Assembly: GCA_021735655.1 (NCBI GenBank)
Contig: JAIPGM010000005.1
Location: 45,461-109,460, forward strand
Length of the DNA: 64,000 nucleotides
Direction of reading: 5' to 3'
From: Candidatus Omnitrophota bacterium
Lineage (GTDB): Bacteria; Omnitrophota; Gorgyraeia; Duberdicusellales; 4484-171
How positions within the stretch are numbered: position 1 is the stretch's first letter; every line of letters begins with the position of its first letter. A model generated the notes under the pieces. That model saw only the letters and a list, made by a program, of their open reading frames with translations. It ran no database searches and was not told where the DNA came from. Below, piece by piece: positions 58,776-64,000 of the stretch. Both the position numbers and the translations under genes were made by a program.

Positions 58776-59768
58776 CTAATACCTTTTTTGGGGCGGCTTC
58801 CAGAAATCTAAAAGATATTCAAAAGTTACACCCATTGTTATATAATTGCTTGGCCAGCCAAAAATACCAATGCCATTGACCACATTGGTACGATCCCATA
58901 TTATGACATTTCGTAATTCATAGCCTCTCTTACGGAGTTCCTCAATCAACGAAACGTGAATTGTAATGCGCCGGTTTTCCCACCACATATCCGGAACATT
59001 AATAACGCAATGTGCTTTCTCTCTAAGCAGAGGAAGTAACCCTTCAAAAATATCTCCCATTGCCGTCGTATAGGAATCAATAGCCATTGTGCCTAGATCA
59101 CGCACATCTTGAGAATATTGCTCAACTTTACCCAATTGCTTGTTGTTCCTGTCGCGTCGAGATTTGTTTTGACGGGATCTATTTAAAAGATTTGCGTAGG
59201 GCGGAGATGTCCAGATCAAACTTACAGTATTGGGGGAGAGATATTCTGAAATATTTCTGGCGTCATCCTGAATGGCCATCTGAGCACATGCATTAAACAG
59301 GTTAGGATTCTTTTGGAGCCGCTTAACACATAACTCAATGTATTTTTTTTGGAGATCGAACCCAACGGCATTTCGGTTCAAATCAGTTGCGGCAATAAGT
59401 GATGTTCCACTTCCAACAAACGGGTCAATAACCAATTGTCCCTGATGTGTGAATAATTCGATGACTTTTTTTGCGAGGGATATTGGAAAAGTTGCAGGAT
59501 GAACAGATTTATCTCTTATATCGCGAGTTTCATAAAAAAACTGCCAAACTCCTATTTGGGATTTAAGCCAGTCCTTGGGGCCCATGCAATTAATATGTGT
59601 ATGGCCACAATTACATAAACGCTCGTGCGCCATACCTAGCTTTGTGCCATATAAAGAATCGCCTTCAAAAACGGCCAAGGCTTTTTGCTCTGTTTTACTC
59701 TTATCATTGTGACCCTGATCAATAGATCTTTTGTCAACCGCGCTATGACCAAAACTTTGATTTCCCAT
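58776..59768 (-). CDS. Second DNA amino-methyltransferase (motif I DPFVGSGTS precedes motif IV SPPY)
   Basis: DPFVGSGTSLIAATDL at ~aa 113. IWTSPPYANL at ~aa 187. 330 aa. Confidence 0.8.
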   Translation of the reverse strand: MGNQSFGHSAVDKRSIDQGHNDKSKTEQKALAVFEGDSLYGTKLGMAHERLCNCGHTHINCMGPKDWLKSQIGVWQFFYETRDIRDKSVHPATFPISLAKKVIELFTHQGQLVIDPFVGSGTSLIAATDLNRNAVGFDLQKKYIELCVKRLQKNPNLFNACAQMAIQDDARNISEYLSPNTVSLIWTSPPYANLLNRSRQNKSRRDRNNKQLGKVEQYSQDVRDLGTMAIDSYTTAMGDIFEGLLPLLREKAHCVINVPDMWWENRRITIHVSLIEELRKRGYELRNVIIWDRTNVVNGIGIFGWPSNYITMGVTFEYLLDFWKPPQKRY

Positions 59769-59825
59769 TTCTATCTCTTTTCCCCTTCCCTCAATCGATT
59801 ACTTCGTTTAGGTAAAATAAAAAAA

Positions 59826-60446
59826 TTAGATATTTCGAATCGTAGTAACTACAATACCCTGCACCTGAAAATCTCTAGTAACCACTATTGGCTTATGTTG
59901 TTTATTGCTCGAACACGGTTTCAAAACGACCGTATCTCCTGATGAATTATATTGTTTAACTGTAACCTCGTTGTCAACTAAAGCAATGATGACATCTCCT
60001 GTGTTTGCGGTTTCCTGTTTGCGCACGAGTAGGAAGTCACCATCTTCAATACCTTTCTGATTCATTGAGTCGCCTTTGGCTCTGACAAGAAAATATTTAT
60101 GCGGAAGTTGGGCTAATTTTGTTGAAACCGGAAACCACGATTCGATATTTTCTTCAGCTAAAATAGGAATACCACAGGCAACAGTACCGACAAGAGGCAC
60201 GCTGATTGTCTGAACATTATCACTGTTATTAATATCCATAACCAATCGCAAGGCCCCTGAAGGATTTCTACGCAACACTCCTTTAGAAATTAATTTGTTA
60301 ATCAATAGGGCAACAGAGCGAGGTGAACGATATCCTAAAGTCCCCATTAAGTCTCTTAATGAAGGGCATTTGCCAAAATTGACAAGAGCATTTCGGATGG
60401 CTTTAATGACAATCGCTTCTTTATCGGAAATCATTATATTGCTCAT
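59826..60446 (-). CDS. LexA/CI-like repressor with S24 peptidase domain (ORF-track extent 59826..60527; start more likely at 60446 or 60434)
   Basis: N-terminal HTH (LVNFGKCPSLRDLMGTLGYRSPRSVALLINKLISKG). VACG cleavage-site analogue. S24 Ser/Lys region (AKGDSMNQ..). A perfect palindrome lies at the start. Confidence 0.7.
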   Translation of the reverse strand: MSNIMISDKEAIVIKAIRNALVNFGKCPSLRDLMGTLGYRSPRSVALLINKLISKGVLRRNPSGALRLVMDINNSDNVQTISVPLVGTVACGIPILAEENIESWFPVSTKLAQLPHKYFLVRAKGDSMNQKGIEDGDFLLVRKQETANTGDVIIALVDNEVTVKQYNSSGDTVVLKPCSSNKQHKPIVVTRDFQVQGIVVTTIRNI

Positions 60447-60463
60447 GTATACAATTGTATACA
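60446..60463. promoter_or_regulatory. Perfect 18-bp palindrome TGTATACAATTGTATACA at the repressor start (SOS-box-like operator candidate)
   Basis: Exact palindrome with the half-site pattern TGTATAC..GTATACA, reminiscent of CTGT-N8-ACAG LexA boxes. It overlaps or abuts the repressor start codon. Confidence 0.5.
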
Positions 60464-61085
60464 ACATGGATAACTTTGTCAATGATTTATTTTCTTGATG
60501 ATGAAAAGGCAACGCTGATAATAACATATGTGTTTTTCAGAACATCAAAACTTGTTCAGGTTTTACTGACTTTCAAAGCCACGGCTTAACAGGACAAAAC
60601 TACATTTATACTGACATTCGCATGTCAATGATGACAATTTTGCCCTGTTTTGACCCTGTTTTGAGCCATTTTGGGCCCTTTTTACTGACATATTGGCATT
60701 GGAATGTCAGGGTGTACCGGCCGTTTTGCCCTCAAATCGTGAAATAATTCCAATCATAACATCAATAACTACAATATATTACGCATAAATAGTCTTTTCC
60801 AAGATCATGATGCGAATGACAAAATTGTCCCTGACATCGTTTTTTGAAGTCAAAATCACTGACAAACTGCGCCTCGGCTGACCCTCGGCCCAGGCCCGCC
60901 CGGGAAGGACCCACAATAATAATGCGTGCGGAGGAGGGTGGCAAGGAGGCCAATCTCCACCCTCTGCCAAGGCGCATTTACTCCATTAGAAAGCCGTCAT
61001 TTCTAACAGAGTTTACCTGACAAAACCTTTGCGATGGAACAGCGTCCGAGATCATCGCTTGGGCTTCTCCGCATTATTTGACTTG

Positions 61086-61769
61086 TTACTCCGTTACCGC
61101 TTCCGAAACATCCACAGCAAGGGAAGACTGCACACTGAAACGTTTCGTAAGTTTGTCTATTTCTTCCTCGATATCGAAGCTCCGCACCCAGCTCTCCTTT
61201 CGCTCGATATCCTTTTCGATATCCGCAACCGTCGGCTTACTTCTATCGGCCAAGGCTCTGTCTTTGGCCTCATGAAATATGTCATACGGTTCACTTCCAA
61301 GCGCCGGACTGAACGATGGATATTCCTCAAGACGTCTTCGTGCGGTTTCCGGATGACCATATATTGCGATAGCCATAGCGTAAAGCCTGCCTTTTTCACG
61401 CCAGAGCTCAAGCTCCACCTTCAAACGCTTGCTGTTAAGCACTCTGCGCTCTGTCACGATATTGCGTGATTCTTCCTCATGCAGGGCTGTCAGTGTTTCA
61501 GAAAGCTTTGCCTTTAGCTTTTCGATAGTTTCGTCAACGATCTCGAGATTTATCTTGGCCTCATCGAAACGCTTGTCCGCTTGCTTTACCGCATCCGGAC
61601 TTATTTTCTCGTCGCATATTGCCCGGCTTCTGATTTCTTTTACCTTTTCCTTCGCCTCGTCGTGTTCCTTCTGATATTGCCTTTGCTTTTTCTCAAGCGC
61701 TACTATCTGTTCGACAATCTCATCCGGCGTGCTTTTCTTATTCAGAATATTCAGAAAATTAAGTTTCAT
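61086..61769 (-). CDS. Coiled-coil hypothetical protein
   Basis: 227-aa ORF, highly charged with heptad-like patterns. Preferred over the shorter overlapping plus-strand ORF. Confidence 0.45.
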   Translation of the reverse strand: MKLNFLNILNKKSTPDEIVEQIVALEKKQRQYQKEHDEAKEKVKEIRSRAICDEKISPDAVKQADKRFDEAKINLEIVDETIEKLKAKLSETLTALHEEESRNIVTERRVLNSKRLKVELELWREKGRLYAMAIAIYGHPETARRRLEEYPSFSPALGSEPYDIFHEAKDRALADRSKPTVADIEKDIERKESWVRSFDIEEEIDKLTKRFSVQSSLAVDVSEAVTE

Positions 61770-61775
61770 GATTTT

Positions 61776-62195
61776 TTATCTCCTTTCGATTTTGTTAGGT
61801 GCTGTAATAGATAAGGCTTCTTCCAGGCTACAACCATTCGATTCCTGATAACTTCTGGCACGTTCGATATGCTCCAACTGCTCGGCAATTAAAGCGCTGT
61901 CGGAATCAACCTTTTTATCCGGCGCTGTCCGGCTTAAAGCCTCGGTTAACGTACACTCGAATTTATCCCTGTACTCATAGGCCCGCTTGAGATGTTCAAG
62001 CCGGATATCGCCGGTAGAGACCATTCCCGGATGTTTCTTTGCTGTCACCCGTAAAGCCTCGGCAAGAGTGCATTTATTGCGCTTCATGTAGATATTGGCG
62101 TCGATTAAATGCACAAGTTGTTTTTCTTCCTCCGAGCCCGGGACATAACGCTTGATCATCTGACTGATCGTATTCAATACATGTAATTGGTTCAT
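61776..62195 (-). CDS. Small protein with three ~40-aa internal repeats (C(T/S)L(A/T/E)EAL..TA)
   Basis: Repeats RNKCTLAEALRVTAKKHP / KFECTLTEALSRTAPDKK / ESNGCSLEEALSITAPNK. Confidence 0.45.
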   Translation of the reverse strand: MNQLHVLNTISQMIKRYVPGSEEEKQLVHLIDANIYMKRNKCTLAEALRVTAKKHPGMVSTGDIRLEHLKRAYEYRDKFECTLTEALSRTAPDKKVDSDSALIAEQLEHIERARSYQESNGCSLEEALSITAPNKIERR

Positions 62196-62282
62196 TTTTA
62201 GTCTCCTCCTGTTTTGGTTTTCGTTACTATGAAATTACCCATGGCTTTTTATCTACACCCTCATAGAATCACCTCCCCCTGT

Positions 62283-62549
62283 GATGACCGTGAACGTTGT
62301 GAACGTAAATTCCTGTCTTTTCTAATTACCTCTTTTTGCGTAGTTTCTTGACCTTTTACCCTTATTTTTCTAAACCTTAAAAAGCAGGAAATTACGTTCA
62401 AGATCTTCACAATCTTCATAACTTGTTATGGCTTCATGCGTTACCCCATGAATATGGCTGTGACCGTGGAAGGCTGATATTCACAACGTTCACTCGAATC
62501 AGCCCGGCGTATCTTCGCAACGTTCACAGACGTTCACACCTTCGTTCAC
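62283..62549. repeat. Iteron-like array: two GTGAACG repeats (62290-62305) and four inverse-oriented CGTTCAC copies (62485-62549) bracketing an AT-rich spacer; candidate origin
   Basis: Direct reading gives GTGAACGTTGTGAACG, and then CACAACGTTCAC, GCAACGTTCAC, GACGTTCAC, TTCGTTCAC. TGACCGTG is also duplicated at both ends. Confidence 0.55.
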
Positions 62550-63992
62550 ACTGTTTTCAAAAAACGTATCGCCTTTATTCTTGCGTAAAATAAATAGCTT
62601 CCGGCCCGTTCCGGATTCCCGCTTTTTGCTACGTACAATATCAATTCCTATACCACGCATAACCGGCGCTATCCTCATAAGCTCCGATGATAGAGCCTTG
62701 GGATTATCGGGAATGCGTTTATCGAACCCGGACTCCGGCTTAATATACTCAAGCAAGGTAGTGGCTGAACCGCACCACTGTCCGCCGTTGGATTCCACAA
62801 GATAGGCTAACTTCTGCGTAATAGGGTTCTCTTCGGCAGTATCTTCCCATTTATACTCAACCGACTCCTGATACTTTTTGAAAAACTCATCCTGTGAATA
62901 TCCCAGTGTCTCGGAAAGGGCCGCGCCCCACCTGGCAAAGTCTGACATTCTAAACTTTTCATGGCCGGTTACTTTATTAACGATGGCCATAGCATTGGAT
63001 ATCGCCGAGAAGAAACCGCCCAATATGCCCGGAAGCGATGCCTGCCATTCATCGGCAATCTGCTTTTCGGGCCTTGTTTCTTTTAAAGGCGGGATATCGA
63101 AGATGATGGATCTATCCAGTAAATCCGGCCTGCATACGGAATTGCCTATACCGTTTAATACAAAGCACCGGCGGTATGTCCGTATGAATACCTCGTCATT
63201 CGTGTAAAGCGAGCGTTTCATGTCACCTTCACCGGTTACGGCCCGGCAGAGGAAATCACTGAACCATTCGGAAATCTTCGAAAGGTTATCGAAAGTATTT
63301 ATCCAGTGTTTATCTGCTATCATTTGAGCCTGATCCAAATCCTTTGGGCTTGAGATGAGCATAACCTTGGAAGGGTCGCATAGGCTTTTAATCAACCGGG
63401 AATTATTGGATTTTCCCGTGCCTTGCTCGCCGACTTGAACAGGTATAACGTGGGGAATATCTGGAATAAAAAACGACGCTAACATCGTCATGAAAAGACA
63501 GTAATCATCCTTGTTGATATTACAGAATTCCAGAAACCTCTTCGGATCATGTCCTTTAACAGGTATAACCTGCGTATCCTGATGATTGTATCTTTTGAAT
63601 ACCGGCGGAAGGTAGACAACCTGCCAGCCTTTCTTATCTATAAAGACTCCCTTCCAATCGGGTGTAGTAAGATCATAATAAATGCTGTCTTTATACCAGC
63701 CGACACGGTTATAAAGTTCGAATTTGGGCGAATCTTCGCATTTTGCCTCTGCCTGAATCCGTGCCTGTTTTAATGCTTCGTTACATGGCGGGCTTTTGTA
63801 TTTATAGCGGTAGCGCTTGGCAAGCCAGTTCCTGAAGCGGGAGCTGTTGGTCTGGCATACCTCCAGATGATTATCGATAGGGAGCACTATAAAGGAGTTG
63901 CCTTGCTGATCACGATAATAGTCTGTTATTTCTTTTTCGCAGTATCGTGTAAGTATTTCACCCTGGGTGGGATGCGCCTTGCGATAATTCAC
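62499..63992 (-). CDS. VirE/P4-primase C-terminal-like P-loop ATPase (replication protein of a mobile element)
   Basis: Walker A VGEQGTGKSNNSRLI. A hydrophobic stretch followed by D (Walker B-like). 497 aa. Next to the iterons. Confidence 0.55.
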   Translation of the reverse strand: MNYRKAHPTQGEILTRYCEKEITDYYRDQQGNSFIVLPIDNHLEVCQTNSSRFRNWLAKRYRYKYKSPPCNEALKQARIQAEAKCEDSPKFELYNRVGWYKDSIYYDLTTPDWKGVFIDKKGWQVVYLPPVFKRYNHQDTQVIPVKGHDPKRFLEFCNINKDDYCLFMTMLASFFIPDIPHVIPVQVGEQGTGKSNNSRLIKSLCDPSKVMLISSPKDLDQAQMIADKHWINTFDNLSKISEWFSDFLCRAVTGEGDMKRSLYTNDEVFIRTYRRCFVLNGIGNSVCRPDLLDRSIIFDIPPLKETRPEKQIADEWQASLPGILGGFFSAISNAMAIVNKVTGHEKFRMSDFARWGAALSETLGYSQDEFFKKYQESVEYKWEDTAEENPITQKLAYLVESNGGQWCGSATTLLEYIKPESGFDKRIPDNPKALSSELMRIAPVMRGIGIDIVRSKKRESGTGRKLFILRKNKGDTFFENSVNEGVNVCERCEDTPG

Positions 63993-64000
63993 CTGGCAAT

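Larger units (their letters stand above)
59826..64000. mobile_element. Partial integrated mobile element / prophage-like replication module (repressor, structured non-coding region, iterons, VirE/primase-like ATPase), continuing past the window end
   Basis: S24 repressor, coiled-coil and repeat proteins, iteron array and a P-loop primase-associated ATPase. The other end is not in the window. Confidence 0.4.

Noticed and set aside
58296-58811. 171-aa ORF antisense to the MvaI/BcnI-like gene
   Set aside because: It is a shadow frame. The minus-strand gene fits the restriction-modification operon spacing.
60762-60977. Two overlapping minus-strand ORFs of 71 and 63 aa (Arg/Gly/Pro-rich)
   Set aside because: They are artefacts of the GC-rich hairpin region. 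The translations are low complexity, with no start context. The region is treated as non-coding structured DNA.
61029-61469. 146-aa plus-strand ORF overlapping the coiled-coil gene
   Set aside because: The opposite-strand ORF is longer (227 aa) and has a consistent coiled-coil composition. Only one of the two can be real.
62283-62549. Possible CRISPR array because of repeated GTTCAC units
   Set aside because: The repeats are only 7-9 nt with irregular spacing and mixed orientation. There are no unique spacers of 25-40 nt and no cas genes. This fits iterons far better.
1-64000. tRNA, rRNA or tmRNA genes in the larger intergenic gaps (15,471-15,750; 21,764-22,077; 39,400-39,709; 56,812-57,158; 60,527-61,086)
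   Set aside because: I found no cloverleaf-compatible GC-rich stems, no TPsiC-loop consensus and no rRNA-like conserved blocks. The gaps look like AT-rich promoter or terminator DNA.

Overview
This is a 64-kb segment from a low-GC (roughly mid-30s %) bacterial chromosome. The organism is probably diderm, because the window has a TolC-like outer-membrane protein, an autotransporter-like beta-barrel, lipoproteins and a periplasmic cyclophilin. Gene density is high and most genes lie on the minus strand. No rRNA, tRNA or CRISPR array was found.

Positions 1 to about 48,000 are mostly core metabolism, arranged in modules:
- a sensor kinase with a periplasmic binding protein;
- a rex-serC-serA operon with two Rex boxes upstream;
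- a beta-CASP MBL nuclease, a cyclophilin, a thiolase, a DRTGG protein, an IDH-family dehydrogenase, AsnB and two DEAD-box helicases;
- a mannoside module with two tandem-duplicated GH130 phosphorylase-like proteins and a cupin;
- a MATE pump, and an RND pump with a TolC-like partner but no adaptor gene;
- a thiol/sulfur module (DUF134 regulator, CxCS-motif permease, thioredoxin, CcdA, plus an MBL-rhodanese-membrane fusion) whose promoter carries a perfect 30-bp palindrome;
- an isoprenoid/carotenoid/quinone cluster (CrtI, IspH, CrtB, split lycopene cyclase CrtYc/Yd, polyprenyl synthase, UbiA prenyltransferase, NDH-2-like oxidoreductase, DoxX).

Positions about 48,000 to 64,000 are accessory DNA:
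- an autotransporter gene with no signal peptide, sitting next to a higher-GC IS-type DDE transposase;
- a four-gene operon headed by a stand-alone SIR2_2 (NADase-type) protein, followed by a 926-aa all-helical protein, a protein resembling a class III nucleotide-cyclase/GGDEF palm domain, and an unknown 274-aa protein. This is the best candidate for an undescribed anti-phage defence system;
- a type II restriction-modification system with two SPPY amino-methyltransferases flanking an MvaI/BcnI-like endonuclease;
- a LexA/S24-type repressor with a perfect 18-bp palindrome at its start;
- an unusual GC-rich, repeat-laden non-coding region;
- a partial replication module (coiled-coil protein, triple-repeat protein, GTTCAC iterons, VirE/P4-primase-like ATPase) that runs off the window end.

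All calls come from reading motifs in the translated ORFs and from sequence repeats. No database searches were run.
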